The position numbers and the translations under genes were made by a program. Source: Nanobdellota archaeon (GTDB taxonomy: Archaea > Nanobdellota > Nanobdellia > Parvarchaeales > Parvarchaeaceae). Taken from it: 64,000 bases of DNA. Location: contig JAJYWD010000003.1 in the NCBI GenBank assembly GCA_021791655.1, forward strand, positions 166-64,165, read 5' to 3'. The notes below the pieces were generated by a model. It was not told the DNA's origin. It made no database searches and saw only the letters and a list, made by a program, of their open reading frames with translations. Shown here one piece after another: positions 48,701-58,072 of the stretch; the first letter of the stretch is position 1, and each line of letters opens with the position of its first letter.

Positions 48701-48879
48701 TTTCGCTTTTCTTCCGCTTCCTCGCGCTCCTTTAGCTGAGAAATCTCGCTCTTGACAGCAGTAAGCTCTTTCTCTTCCTTCTTCAGAGAGGCTTCTTCTT
48801 TTCTTATCTCCGATTCCAGCACTTTCTCTTTGTCTCTTATCTTCTCCTCCTCTTTCTTTATAGGGCTGTCTTCGGACAT
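45715..48879 (-). CDS. aglB: archaeal oligosaccharyltransferase AglB (STT3 homolog) with a ~65 aa charged coiled-coil N-terminal extension
   Basis: WWDYGYWIE motif, 13 or more TM helices, large C-terminal periplasmic domain. Confidence 0.85.
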   Translation of the reverse strand: MSEDSPIKKEEEKIRDKEKVLESEIRKEEASLKKEEKELTAVKSEISQLKEREEAEEKRKSITEIEVNVNFDIFGKFFSWMYWFLIEKRVLFYILLIIALYLGTYVRLSSLPALGGSPLIGNGFLGMGGSLNGLDPYFFYTQMINVINTGNVPAVNHMQYLPIGLVPRSQPLLISFFGAYVFRLLQPVFSGLTPMTWFMIYPAIVTILTTILLFFIILELFDDYYAASIGAFIFPAFATFLSRSTAGFSTKTAMGFLFIVLAVYFLIKILKSDRFKTKMMYGFMLALAMGFSIITSGYTKYLLVLVPLVFLGLILFGYYERKDLLPFLPFALWIPFEASFGDFSLSSLLSATYIPMLLAYLAVLFKVFVYDGNKRRLRIPLINEGASVIIYSTLVAVFLLLLTGLSHFLSLSKELVSEFANPLGIGSASVNVVSLTVAEFGQMTLAQRVCEYNFLSGVCGAADTIGINFLLFIIGSAVALYLLTKRFKNWYIFYLGALPFLALVFGGQYTPGAASYSFLVVFILLSLLPLGRIALDWNKGTFKRVLTLVILMTFFSMIFSAVFTFINQGTDFYKYGIVAIAIFLAIGFLFDKFEENKKAPLYLVLFLFLIITLALSNVENRLLQPTDFIAVILIPIVITLFVKEGISISKAFTKDDAWRSALVAALVLVAVVFVVVDLYASLSASYATASQSGSGLALWGPTMLWVKYHTPQNSSVISWWDYGYWIEAIANRTSVADGSNAYGYQSMIAKYFFTATSPYVYSTYLNFIHRPNYAVISGSEVEKFSAISTIALNYTQYTPMTEGQPAQNSINLGNKSYQYLAVFGGQSGGIAPLEANFSYGGTMWDAADNYLAEVLIPFNYSNVTKAFTEGGTYGIVYNTLSGSQTNPIPMEYSCNYGTGCTLVDSKGIPGGVMQLNASDSQTLRIGGPYNGSGYIPAQISMSQYGNTPSVLFIPQKALDSLFTKLYLLNESVPGFKLVFSDGLPVNSFLSVNNQVLTNVNVYEINYTQLSKYMLTGQCSVDPSAQNYCDNLSYLPSVFFSDVANYGLIRNSSIS

Positions 48880-48968
48880 ATCAAAAACTTATAGATTAAG
48901 AAGCAAATTGCTGCTTTTAACCTTTTAATTGCGTGCCCATTCTAAGGATTTTGCGCAGGACATCCTCT

Positions 48969-49748
48969 TTAGGTGCCCCACTCCGCCGAGCCCCACTGTG
49001 CTGTGTCCTCAAAAAGAACGCTCGGCTTGCTCAGGAACCTGAAGTGCTCCGGGTGCGCTACGTACTCGTCGTAAAGGCTCTTTGAATAATCAAGCGACTC
49101 TATCTTCTTGGCGTCTTCCGATACGAACGATACATTGCCGTAGCTCTGGTTTATCACTACATTACGATTTTTCAGCACGTACACACAGCCGCCGTGCATC
49201 TTTTTGATTTCGTCGTATTCGGACAAGAAAGTAGAATCTACCAGATTGGCGATTATGAGGTCGGATTTCCCTACATTCACGGTGATGTGGCCGTAATTTG
49301 GCGGCACCAATACCCTGTCCCCCTTAACGCCGTGGATCACTCTTACATCGTATTTTGGACCGTCCATCTTTTTTTGCATGATGAACATCGCTTCTCCATA
49401 TATGACTTCGTAAATCTCGGGGAAGCCCAGAAGCCCCTCGGCCAGAGGATGATAATGCCCGAGCGTCTTGTTAAACTCCCCACCGAGGTCATACGGAGAA
49501 AGTACGGTTATGTCGTACCTTACGCTGTGAGCCTCAAATACGGTAGGGTTAAACCTGACTCCCGCATTCCTGAAAACGTAATAAAGCGGACTCCCTCCAT
49601 TCTTATCGTTTACGAAATTCTGGTTGAAAAGCACCGCAGACATCTCCTCAAGTCTCCTCACAGAGGGCGTTTCCTCCCTTTTATTAGAGAACAACCTTTT
49701 ACTCTTTGCGTCGAATTCTATTATTACCAGCTTTGAGTTCAGCTTCAT
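48969..49748 (-). CDS. cupin-type glucose-6-phosphate isomerase-like protein
   Basis: TLGHYHPLAEG...PEIYEVIYGEA...GDRVLVPPNYGHITVN matches the cPGI metal-binding cupin motifs. Confidence 0.55.
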   Translation of the reverse strand: MKLNSKLVIIEFDAKSKRLFSNKREETPSVRRLEEMSAVLFNQNFVNDKNGGSPLYYVFRNAGVRFNPTVFEAHSVRYDITVLSPYDLGGEFNKTLGHYHPLAEGLLGFPEIYEVIYGEAMFIMQKKMDGPKYDVRVIHGVKGDRVLVPPNYGHITVNVGKSDLIIANLVDSTFLSEYDEIKKMHGGCVYVLKNRNVVINQSYGNVSFVSEDAKKIESLDYSKSLYDEYVAHPEHFRFLSKPSVLFEDTAQWGSAEWGT

Positions 49749-49835
49749 GTTATTTTCTGTAGGCGGGAAAATTAAAGGCTTTCTCCTCCGTGGTCATATA
49801 AAATGCTTAAAAGTATGAAAATTAGAAGAATTTGA

Positions 49836-50183
49836 ATGGATGTGATAACGTATTTTTTGGGCTTGTTGCTGTTGTCCCTGTCGTTCCCGGCAGGTTTTCT
49901 CGTAGCAAAGTATACACGCTCCGAGTTAAGAGAGATAGCTAGAGAAGCTAGAATTGAGAAAATTGTTGGTGTAAAGATGGTAATAATCGAGGCTGCCGTG
50001 ATGTCCGCTTTGCTATACGCTGGCACTTTCGTGTTTACCGGCGCGGCGATTATCTTGGTGGCAAACGTTGCGCTTTATGAGCTGTACAACTCGCTAAAGC
50101 AGAATCTCGCAATAAGCGCAAAGCACGAAGCCTTATTCCTGATACTTTCTGCTATCGGTTTTCTGATAGTGCTCCTAGTATGA
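49836..50183 (+). CDS. hypothetical small membrane protein; its stop overlaps the GTPase start (ATGA)
   Basis: Three TM helices; translational coupling to 50180. Confidence 0.4.
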   Translation: MDVITYFLGLLLLSLSFPAGFLVAKYTRSELREIAREARIEKIVGVKMVIIEAAVMSALLYAGTFVFTGAAIILVANVALYELYNSLKQNLAISAKHEALFLILSAIGFLIVLLV

Positions 50184-51319
50184 AAATCGGTCTCATAGGT
50201 CGTACAAACGTAGGAAAGAGCACGCTGTTCAAGGCGCTCACACTCGAAGACATAGCGATAGAAGATCGGCCGTTCACTACCATAGAGCCGAACAAGGGGA
50301 TAGGCTACGTGAAGATGGTATGTCCCGAAAAAGACATGAACACAAAGTGCCAACCAAGAAACGCACCGTGCGTCAGGGGATACAGATATGTACCAGTCGA
50401 CCTGATAGATGTGGCCGGTCTGATAAGCGGGGCGCACGAAGGAAAGGGGCTGGGGAATAAGTTCCTAAGCGATGCAATGGAAGCAGACGCACTGATAGAA
50501 GTTGTGGACATAAGTGGCAGGACCGATGGTTCCGGAGCACAGGCGGTGGACTATGACCCAGCGAATGATATTAGGATGGTAAAGTCAGAAGTAACGCAGT
50601 GGATAGCTTCCCTTCTGACAAAAAGGAGAAAAAGGAGCGAAGAGAGCCTTGTCGAATTCGTGCACAGGCCACTTTCCGGACTAGGGATATCCTATGAGAT
50701 AGTCAAAGAAGCGCTCAACGCCCTAAACATAGAAACCCTGGACGACGATAATGTTATACCGCTCAGCGAAAGGATCTTTAATGGCTCGAAACCCATCATA
50801 ATCGCGTGCAACAAGATGGATGTGACCAGCAACCTTGACGAGAAGATAAACAGATTAAAGGAAGAATTTGATTACACTTTCGTCCCATGCTCGGCAGGGG
50901 CTGAGCTAACGCTAAAAGAGGCAGAAAAGACTGGCTTCATAGAATACGATGAAGACGGGTTCAAAGTCAGAAAACAGCTTAATCACGACCAAGAGACGGC
51001 GTTATCAACTCTAAAGAAGGTGCTGGACAGGTATGGCGGCACCGGCGTACAGAAAGTGCTTAACACGATAGTATTCGAGGTGACTAAGAGCAAAGTGGTA
51101 TTCCCTGTAGAGGATGAGAAGAGGCTTTCCGATGCCAGAGGAAACGTCCTGCCCGATGCTTACATCGTCAAGGAGAGCGCAACGCCGTTGGATGTCGCAA
51201 GGAAGATACATTCTGAGGTGGCCGATAAGTACAAGGGTGCTATAGATTGCAGGACCGGCTTGAAGGTGAAAAACGACGAGCCCGTGAAAAACGGTCAGAT
51301 AATAAAGATACTGGTATGA
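50180..51319 (+). CDS. Obg/YchF-related GTPase with a C-terminal TGS domain
   Basis: G1 GRTNVGKST, G3 DVAG, G4 CNKMD and a C-terminal TGS-like beta-grasp. Confidence 0.7.
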   Translation: MKIGLIGRTNVGKSTLFKALTLEDIAIEDRPFTTIEPNKGIGYVKMVCPEKDMNTKCQPRNAPCVRGYRYVPVDLIDVAGLISGAHEGKGLGNKFLSDAMEADALIEVVDISGRTDGSGAQAVDYDPANDIRMVKSEVTQWIASLLTKRRKRSEESLVEFVHRPLSGLGISYEIVKEALNALNIETLDDDNVIPLSERIFNGSKPIIIACNKMDVTSNLDEKINRLKEEFDYTFVPCSAGAELTLKEAEKTGFIEYDEDGFKVRKQLNHDQETALSTLKKVLDRYGGTGVQKVLNTIVFEVTKSKVVFPVEDEKRLSDARGNVLPDAYIVKESATPLDVARKIHSEVADKYKGAIDCRTGLKVKNDEPVKNGQIIKILV

Positions 51320-52110
51320 GGAACACTAAGGTCTTCCTAAGGGATACCAACATGATGAAGAAGGTAGTTGATAGTGCTGAGATATCAATCTCCGACACGA
51401 TTATAGAAATAGGCAGTGGGGACGGAAGGCTAACGCGACTTATAGCTGAGAAAGCCGCAAAAGTTTACGCGATAGAGATGGACACGGCGCTGCTGGACAG
51501 ATCAAAGGTGCTACTCAGTGACTTAAAAAACGTGGAATTCGTAAACGGTGACGCACTGGAAGTTCCGTTCCCAGACAAAACAAACAAGGTGGTATCGAAT
51601 CTGCCGTACGCAATATCGTCACCAATAACCGAGAAGATAGTGCGGTTCCTTAACGGCAAGAAGGGCTCCATAGCCGTGCTGATGTACCAGAGGGAGTTCG
51701 GCGACAGGATGATCACGTCCCCCGGCTTCAGGGATTACTCCATGCTTACGGTATTCACCCGATACACCTGCGATGCGGAGAAGGTGGTGGATGTGCCGCG
51801 CGGCTGCTTCAAACCAACGCCGGCGGTTGACTCTGTCGTAATAAAGCTTAAACCGAAAGGAATCAAAATAGACGACAATTTCCTTGCTCTCTGCAGAGTG
51901 CTTTTCCAGCACAAAAAGAAGAACCTGTACAGCGCAGTCCTTGACGGTCGGGAAAACTTTCTGGTTAAATCAAAGGAAGAGCTTAGAGAAAGGCTGTCCC
52001 ATCTGGATGAGCCACTTCTAAAGGAAAAGGTGTTCTACTTAGAGCTAAAGCAATTATTATATATCTACAAAGCGCTTGTAAATCTATCATTATGGCTAGA
52101 GTCAGAGTAA
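51316..52110 (+). CDS. ksgA: 16S rRNA (adenine1518/1519-N6)-dimethyltransferase KsgA/Dim1
   Basis: IIEIGSGDGRLT and NLPYAISSP. The start ATG at 51316 overlaps the GTPase stop (ATGA); the tracked upstream start is rejected. Confidence 0.8.
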   Translation: MRNTKVFLRDTNMMKKVVDSAEISISDTIIEIGSGDGRLTRLIAEKAAKVYAIEMDTALLDRSKVLLSDLKNVEFVNGDALEVPFPDKTNKVVSNLPYAISSPITEKIVRFLNGKKGSIAVLMYQREFGDRMITSPGFRDYSMLTVFTRYTCDAEKVVDVPRGCFKPTPAVDSVVIKLKPKGIKIDDNFLALCRVLFQHKKKNLYSAVLDGRENFLVKSKEELRERLSHLDEPLLKEKVFYLELKQLLYIYKALVNLSLWLESE

Positions 52111-52814
52111 AAAGAAAGAAGGGTTTTATAAATTCTTTAAAGACTTTCAAAAACAGGTTCTCGAGGGCCGAAGTCTACAGCATACTCGCCGCGTGGTTCC
52201 TGCTCTCCCTGGCTTTTACAAAGATACTTCTTGGCAGCGGGGTGCCGACACTGTTCCTGCTCATAGCGTCTATGATAGCTTTAGGCACGGGTTTCATAAC
52301 CCATGAGCTGATGCACAAGTTTACTGCGCAAAAATTTAGGTATTACGCGGAATTTAGGATATGGCTTTGGGGAATCTTGCTTATGCTAGTTACATCATTA
52401 TTCGGTTTCATATTCGCCGCGCCCGGAGCCACATACTTCCAGCCGGACCCACGCGAGCAGTTTATGGACCCGAAAGGCTTCATAAAGCGGTACGGTACCA
52501 TTTCCATCGCGGGGCCACTTATAAACTTCGTATTCGGCTCGGTGTTCCTGGGATTATTTTACCTGTTCGTATTCCTTTCGCCCGTGCTGATCAGCAATAC
52601 GGGCCTGCTGTACCTTGCACTGGTAATAACCGGTGTTGGAGGGTACATAAACTTCTACCTATGCGCGTTTAACATGCTGCCGATAAACCCGCTTGACGGC
52701 TACAAGGTATTCGTATGGAACAAGAAGTACTGGGCAGCCCTTTTCGTGGTGTCCGTAGCAATCAGCGCACTGATACTTTTCGGGTACCTTCCGTTGCTGT
52801 TCACGCTGCAGTAG
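52092..52814 (+). CDS. site-2 protease family (peptidase M50) membrane metalloprotease, short form
   Basis: HELMHK inside a TM helix and a C-terminal NMLPINPLDG motif. Confidence 0.65.
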   Translation: MARVRVKRKKGFINSLKTFKNRFSRAEVYSILAAWFLLSLAFTKILLGSGVPTLFLLIASMIALGTGFITHELMHKFTAQKFRYYAEFRIWLWGILLMLVTSLFGFIFAAPGATYFQPDPREQFMDPKGFIKRYGTISIAGPLINFVFGSVFLGLFYLFVFLSPVLISNTGLLYLALVITGVGGYINFYLCAFNMLPINPLDGYKVFVWNKKYWAALFVVSVAISALILFGYLPLLFTLQ

Positions 52815-52866
52815 AACCCGGCATGATACGTGCTACGCGTGTCATAAGAAATTTTATATATTCACG

Positions 52867-53595
52867 TTGCAATCAGCCATTATGGTAAAGACCGTTTTAA
52901 CGACAAAGCCAGTGGTGGGAAAATATATAGTAACCGCGTTTCAGACCGTGGGCTACATATCCATACTGGCAGTGAGCTACCTTAAAGAGAAAAAGGTCAT
53001 AAAAGAGATCGGATACATAGATCCAGAGAGTACAAACGTAATAACCGTGATAGAAGACGGCGAGCTTAAGTATCCAATAAGGATTTTCGAGTCGCAGAAA
53101 GCCATATTCATAATGGCCCAAGTCCCAATAGCGAGGGATGACATGACCCCGATAAGCAAGGAGATAATAAGGTTGTATTCCGACATAAAGGCCAAGGGGA
53201 TAATAGCACTAGACGGCCTCTCCGCATCCGGTAATAAAAATCAGAGCGACGTGTACTACACCGCTTCTAACTTTAATGCTGAACTGAACAATGTAAAACC
53301 GCTTAGCGAGGGCGCCATGTTCGGACTCAACGCAAGCATCGCCCTTCAGGCTAAAGAAGACGGCGTACCATTCGCAGTCGTTATGGCAGAAACTCACGTT
53401 AGCATACCGGATGGCCTGGCAGCAGCCGCACTCATTTCTTCCGTAAAGGATTTACTCGGCCTTGAAGTTGACACAAATGAACTCGTAACCGAATACAAAG
53501 AAACGCTCGCTAAGATAGACCGATTGGTTAAGAGGGCGAGGCACACCGGAACCGAGGAGAAACCGGGGCAACCCGGACAAGAGATATACGGTTAA
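52867..53595 (+). CDS. PAC2-family proteasome assembly chaperone-like protein
   Basis: Length and pattern are consistent with archaeal PAC2 (PbaA/B-like). Weak call. Confidence 0.4.
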   Translation: MQSAIMVKTVLTTKPVVGKYIVTAFQTVGYISILAVSYLKEKKVIKEIGYIDPESTNVITVIEDGELKYPIRIFESQKAIFIMAQVPIARDDMTPISKEIIRLYSDIKAKGIIALDGLSASGNKNQSDVYYTASNFNAELNNVKPLSEGAMFGLNASIALQAKEDGVPFAVVMAETHVSIPDGLAAAALISSVKDLLGLEVDTNELVTEYKETLAKIDRLVKRARHTGTEEKPGQPGQEIYG

Positions 53596-53990
53596 TTTTC
53601 TTCCGACCCTATCCGGTTCAGATAGGCTGCGATATTGGCGTCTGCGAATGATGTAGAAAAGGCCGCGATGTCGCTAACGCTCACCCACTTGTATGTGTGG
53701 AACAACGAGCTTATGTCCGGTTCTCCAGACTCGAAATCCACTACATAGACTATGTAATTTATCTTAGGATTCTCGCTCGGCGAGTATTTGAACACTTTAT
53801 CGCGGATAGCGTAAGAAACGTCGAATGACTTAAGTAGGTCGTTCAGGGCTTTTCTTGGGCTTTCGTCCTCAGGCAATTGCACGAAAGGAAAGACCCATGT
53901 GGCTCTCGGGAGCATTCTATCGGGCTCTTTCAGCTTGACCAGCATAACCTCTTTGCCCTTTAGAAGAATCACGCTTACACGCTTGTTCAT
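53592..53990 (-). CDS. NUDIX-like hydrolase with a degenerate Nudix box
   Basis: PFVQLPEDESPRKALNDLL in a protein of about 130 aa. Confidence 0.35.
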   Translation of the reverse strand: MNKRVSVILLKGKEVMLVKLKEPDRMLPRATWVFPFVQLPEDESPRKALNDLLKSFDVSYAIRDKVFKYSPSENPKINYIVYVVDFESGEPDISSLFHTYKWVSVSDIAAFSTSFADANIAAYLNRIGSEEN

Positions 53991-54042
53991 ATTTAAAAGA
54001 TACTCTACTTTATTATAAATATTCGACGGGAGATAGTTTGCT

Positions 54043-54321
54043 ATGGACAGGTCGTTTTTCGTGGTTTTAGTGATAGTGGCTCTGCTGTTTCTTGCAGCGG
54101 CTTTGTTCTATATAAACCCCGGCGAAAACCACCGGGCGGTAGCTGTCGGGCTCTGCGAGCTGAAATGCCAGAACGTAACCGCCTCCAATTCCAGCATAAA
54201 CGATTACTGCGCCGCGCAGAACATAAGCTTTGGCTATGCATGCGCGATATCGAACGCAAAGCTCAACGTGTGCAACTCAACGAATGCCGTTTTCGTAAGT
54301 AGCAGCTGTCAGCTCGAGTGA
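54043..54321 (+). CDS. small secreted Cys-rich hypothetical protein
   Basis: Signal-anchor helix, then 8 Cys residues. Confidence 0.35.
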   Translation: MDRSFFVVLVIVALLFLAAALFYINPGENHRAVAVGLCELKCQNVTASNSSINDYCAAQNISFGYACAISNAKLNVCNSTNAVFVSSSCQLE

Positions 54322-55001
54322 ACCTTCCGGGTTTTGACCAACAGGCTCAGTTTCTTTATTTTCTCGTTCAGGAATGCAATCCTGTTCTCCTTGTCGACTA
54401 GTACCTGGTTTATGTCCATGTGGCTCAACTGACCGTGGCAGTTAGAACAAACGAAATCGTTCTCCAGAGCGGTCTGCAGGTCATACCTTCGGTTGCAGGT
54501 GTTACATGTGAAGAAGTCGGTTGCCTTGTTCAAGTCTATCGATTTCTGTGCCTGCTTTATCTCGTCCTCATAATCCTTCTGTATAAGGAACAGCAAGCGA
54601 TCAGGATGCGCCTCCCAGTAATAGGTATACCACGCTTTTACCCCATGCTTCTTCTTTATGTAAGACACCAAGTTCTTCGAGTAAAGCCTGTACAGAAACT
54701 TCCTTATGGCATTGGCCCTCTCAAATTTCATTTTCCTGGCTAGCTTGTTTTCCTCAATCGGTGAACGGTTTAACAGGAAAGTGAAGATTTCTATGCCTTT
54801 GTCTCCCGCCAAATCAAAAACGTATTTCTTCGCCTCGTCCAACGACATCAGCGACTTTACGTCTATAATGGTCTTGGAATACTGTGGAGGAGTCGGGGCA
54901 CGCTTGACCTGCTTGGCGTGTTTTTTCGCAAGTTTACTTGCCTTAGGTTTTGTTCTCCTAATTTTTATAGCAACGCGCTTCTTTTTCATACACCGCACCA
55001 A
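54309..55001 (-). CDS. tfe: transcription factor E (TFE alpha, TFIIE-alpha homolog) with a Lys-rich N-terminal extension
   Basis: Winged-helix region followed by the Zn ribbon CNTCNRRY...CSNCHGQL. Confidence 0.7.
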   Translation of the reverse strand: MVRCMKKKRVAIKIRRTKPKASKLAKKHAKQVKRAPTPPQYSKTIIDVKSLMSLDEAKKYVFDLAGDKGIEIFTFLLNRSPIEENKLARKMKFERANAIRKFLYRLYSKNLVSYIKKKHGVKAWYTYYWEAHPDRLLFLIQKDYEDEIKQAQKSIDLNKATDFFTCNTCNRRYDLQTALENDFVCSNCHGQLSHMDINQVLVDKENRIAFLNEKIKKLSLLVKTRKVHSS

Positions 55002-55027
55002 ATAATACTAATTCCGTGCATATAAGA

Positions 55028-56254
55028 TTATAGCCACAGGGACGGCGGGATTATCAGAAGGACAAACAATATGCTAAAGGCTATTATGATTGCGTTCGTA
55101 ATCTTGAGTCTAAGAGCCTTATTCTTGAATCCCAATCCAACCAATTCATAGAAGATCTTGCAGCCGTCGGTTATGTAGAACACCGGTAGTAGATTTACGA
55201 TGCCAAGACCGGAAGATATTATAAACAGCCAAAGCAGCAGGCCGTCGACCCAAAAAACGGATTGAGCCGGAAGATTACCGGCGGGTAATGCCGTTGACGA
55301 GATTATGGGTATTAGCGTCTTCTGCTCGTTCGGAGCGATCAGCGATGCCTCTATTCCGAGATATGAGTGCGTCGTTGTGTTTCTGGAAGCATTGTATGCG
55401 GGAGTTATAGTGTAGACTGCACCGGATGTGGAAGTGAAGTTTAGCGGCACGTTAGGGCTCAAATTCTCTATATAACTCAAAATCGTGGGCTCTGAGGTGA
55501 ACGTGGCACCGTTTATCGTTGAGATGTTAGTGCCTGCCGGCATGCCTGCCAAGGCCGCTGGTGAACCTGGTACGACCGACACTATATGCAAGAGCAGCGG
55601 CGCGAATGATACCAATCCGCTCGCTACGGCGTAGTGCGACAGGTAAATGTAAAGAAGAAAGAATATCACGGCAAATACGATGTTGGTGAACGAGCCCACC
55701 GATAGCACACGTAACTTGTCTATGCTGCGCGCTTTTTCGAAATACCCCTCGTCTGGCTCCACGAAAGCCAACGGGAGGAACCCCAGAAAAAATCCGAAAC
55801 CGGACGATTTAAGCTTTATGCGCTTAGCTAGAGCAACCACGCCGTGTGACATCTCGTGGACTACCACCACGAATACCAGCGCGATCAGCCAGTAAAACAC
55901 TGGCACGCCTATCACGTAAGGCACCCCTGTGAACGGCAGAACCAGGCCCGCTGCTGCCGGTGCGGATTTAGGTGACGTTATGGCGAGCTGGAAATAGCCC
56001 GCTATCAGATAGAGGAAAAACGGCACGGTTAGCACTGCAACGATGACGCCGAGCGTGCTGTATATGCTCACTAGGAGCTTACGTTTGGCCATGCGCCCCA
56101 TAAGTTTCAGCCCCAGTTTTGTACGGTATATAAAGGAGGCCTGCTCAAAGGCGAATTTTCTCCGGTTCTTAAGAACGAAGAACAGTATTAGCAGAATTAT
56201 GGCCAGGGCTATCAGATTGTTCTGGTTCGTGGACACGAACGAATAAAAAGACAT
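55028..56254 (-). CDS. site-2 protease (peptidase M50) with a PDZ domain
   Basis: HEMSHG in a TM helix, a PDZ-like insert and an LPVFYITDG motif. The start at the internal Met (MSFYSF) avoids overlap with rpl40e. Confidence 0.65.
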   Translation of the reverse strand: MSFYSFVSTNQNNLIALAIILLILFFVLKNRRKFAFEQASFIYRTKLGLKLMGRMAKRKLLVSIYSTLGVIVAVLTVPFFLYLIAGYFQLAITSPKSAPAAAGLVLPFTGVPYVIGVPVFYWLIALVFVVVVHEMSHGVVALAKRIKLKSSGFGFFLGFLPLAFVEPDEGYFEKARSIDKLRVLSVGSFTNIVFAVIFFLLYIYLSHYAVASGLVSFAPLLLHIVSVVPGSPAALAGMPAGTNISTINGATFTSEPTILSYIENLSPNVPLNFTSTSGAVYTITPAYNASRNTTTHSYLGIEASLIAPNEQKTLIPIISSTALPAGNLPAQSVFWVDGLLLWLFIISSGLGIVNLLPVFYITDGCKIFYELVGLGFKNKALRLKITNAIIIAFSILFVLLIIPPSLWL

Positions 56255-56256
56255 AA

Positions 56257-56451
56257 TCAAGCTTTCAGTTTTCTTAATTCCTTGTGCTTTGGTCTCAAAA
56301 CGCGGCTGCCGCACTTCCTGCACTTTACCTTGTTCAGGCGCAGCAGCTTGGGATTAGAAACGCGTATCTTTGAGTTGCAGTTCCTGCACACGTATACTCC
56401 CACGAAAACTCTGTTGTCAGCGACTGGTACGTTCCTCTCTCCCATAAACAT
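56257..56451 (-). CDS. rpl40e: 50S ribosomal protein L40e
   Basis: Zn-binding CRNCNSKI...CRKCGSRVLRPKHK is typical of L40e. Confidence 0.7.
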   Translation of the reverse strand: MFMGERNVPVADNRVFVGVYVCRNCNSKIRVSNPKLLRLNKVKCRKCGSRVLRPKHKELRKLKA

Positions 56452-56510
56452 CTAACTATGCATCTGTTATCGACATTTCCTATATAAATATCTACTTAGT
56501 TCTTACTCCT

Positions 56511-57011
56511 ATGCAGATAGAAATACTCGATAAAGACAATGAAAACCTGACAAAAAGGGTTAAGGAACTGGGATTCGACGGAGTGTACACGATAGCTTCC
56601 AACAAAGTGTCTGATGCTGAGAAGAAATCTGGTTTCACGATGTCGGCGTATTCAGGGCCGGATTACGAACAGATAATAAGGAAGGGCAAAGCCGACGTTA
56701 TAACAGACTTGGAAAAGGCCAATTTCTACTTGGATAAGGGGCTGTGCTACAAGATAAAGGAGAGCAGTTCTTTCGTTATGTTCAAATTCAGCAGCCTGAT
56801 ATCCTCCGAGAATATATTTGCAATGTACAAGAACATGATGCACAACGTGCACGTGTGCGAGGAGCACGGCGTAAACGCCCTGTTCGTCTCTTTCGCCTCC
56901 GACAACGACGGTATAAAGTCTCCCATGCAGCTGTTTTCCTTCGCTTATCAGTTTGGATATTCTGAAGCCAGATTCAAGAAGGCCGTTCTGGAGTTCGCTG
57001 GGAGATTCTAA
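56511..57011 (+). CDS. possible RNase P protein subunit (Rpp30-like). Weak call.
   Basis: Size and weak pattern similarity only. Confidence 0.3.
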   Translation: MQIEILDKDNENLTKRVKELGFDGVYTIASNKVSDAEKKSGFTMSAYSGPDYEQIIRKGKADVITDLEKANFYLDKGLCYKIKESSSFVMFKFSSLISSENIFAMYKNMMHNVHVCEEHGVNALFVSFASDNDGIKSPMQLFSFAYQFGYSEARFKKAVLEFAGRF

Positions 57012-57063
57012 CGCTATTTGCACACAAAGAACTTATATAAGTAAATCTGTACGATAAAACCAT

Positions 57064-57945
57064 ATGTCAATGTTGAAGATAACGCTATTGTTCAGCGTCT
57101 TATCGCTGATACTGGTCAGTTTCGGCGCCATCATAGGCTACTTGCTGGGCGGAGTGCTCCTGTGGATGAGCGCATTCCTGATCATCGCCATCGTCATGAA
57201 CGTAGTGTCTTACTACAAGAGCGATAGCATAGCACTAAAGACCACAAGGACCAAATTGATAGACAGGGAGGACAATCCACGATTCTACGACATAGTAAAG
57301 AAAGTCACGGAGGAAGCCGGGGTGCCGATGCCTAGGGTGGGGATAATGCCCTCTCCCGTGCCTAATGCTTTCGCTACCGGCCGCGATGAAAAACATGCCG
57401 TGGTAGTTGCTACTGCTGGAATCCTTGGAATGCTGACTGACGATGAGCTGGAAGCTGTGATAGGACACGAGATAAGCCACGTAACGCACAAGGACATACT
57501 GGTCTCTACGATAGCCGCGACGATAGCTACAATGATCTCATACATAGGCAACATAATAATATTTTCTGAATTCTTCGGCGGGTTCAACGACAGGAACGGC
57601 AATGGTAACATATTGCTGATCGTTGCTGCCATACTCATACCTATAGGCGCGACTTTCGTGCAGCTCGGAATATCCCGGTCGAGGGAAGCGTACGCAGACA
57701 TAGGTAGCGTACGCCTAGTGAGGAAACCGGACGCACTGATCACATCACTGGAAAAGATAAGCAGACCAATCAACAGGGCAAGGACCCCTATGGGTCAGAA
57801 TAACCCACAACCCCATGCGTTTTCGTCTCTTTTCATAGTTAACAACTTTTCGGCGTCCAGCCTTTCGAACCTCTTTTCGACGCACCCGAGTCTCGAGAAC
57901 AGAATAAAGGCGATAAGGACGGAAGCCGAACGCCTTAATCTGTAA
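57064..57945 (+). CDS. htpX: heat shock protease HtpX (peptidase M48)
   Basis: HEISHVTHKD zincin motif, TM helices and the HtpX layout. Confidence 0.8.
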   Translation: MSMLKITLLFSVLSLILVSFGAIIGYLLGGVLLWMSAFLIIAIVMNVVSYYKSDSIALKTTRTKLIDREDNPRFYDIVKKVTEEAGVPMPRVGIMPSPVPNAFATGRDEKHAVVVATAGILGMLTDDELEAVIGHEISHVTHKDILVSTIAATIATMISYIGNIIIFSEFFGGFNDRNGNGNILLIVAAILIPIGATFVQLGISRSREAYADIGSVRLVRKPDALITSLEKISRPINRARTPMGQNNPQPHAFSSLFIVNNFSASSLSNLFSTHPSLENRIKAIRTEAERLNL

Positions 57946-57946
57946 A

Positions 57947-58020
57947 GCTCCCGTAGTCTAGCTTGGACAGGACGTTACCCTGCGAAGGTGAAAACACCGG
58001 TTCAAATCCGGTCGGGGGCA
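57947..58020 (+). tRNA. tRNA-Arg (anticodon GCG)
   Basis: GCTCCCG TA GTCT..GGAC G TTACC CTGCGAA GGTGA AAAC ACCGG TTCAAAT CCGGT CGGGGGC A. It begins 2 nt after the htpX stop. Confidence 0.8.
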
Positions 58021-58072
58021 ATTTATAGCTTTGTAAAAGCAAGGCTTAGTTCTTCTTTAGCACCATAAGTAT

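Noticed and set aside
56511-57011. Confident assignment as RNase P Rpp30
   Set aside because: Only the size and a few weak positional similarities support it. It is kept as a low-confidence call.
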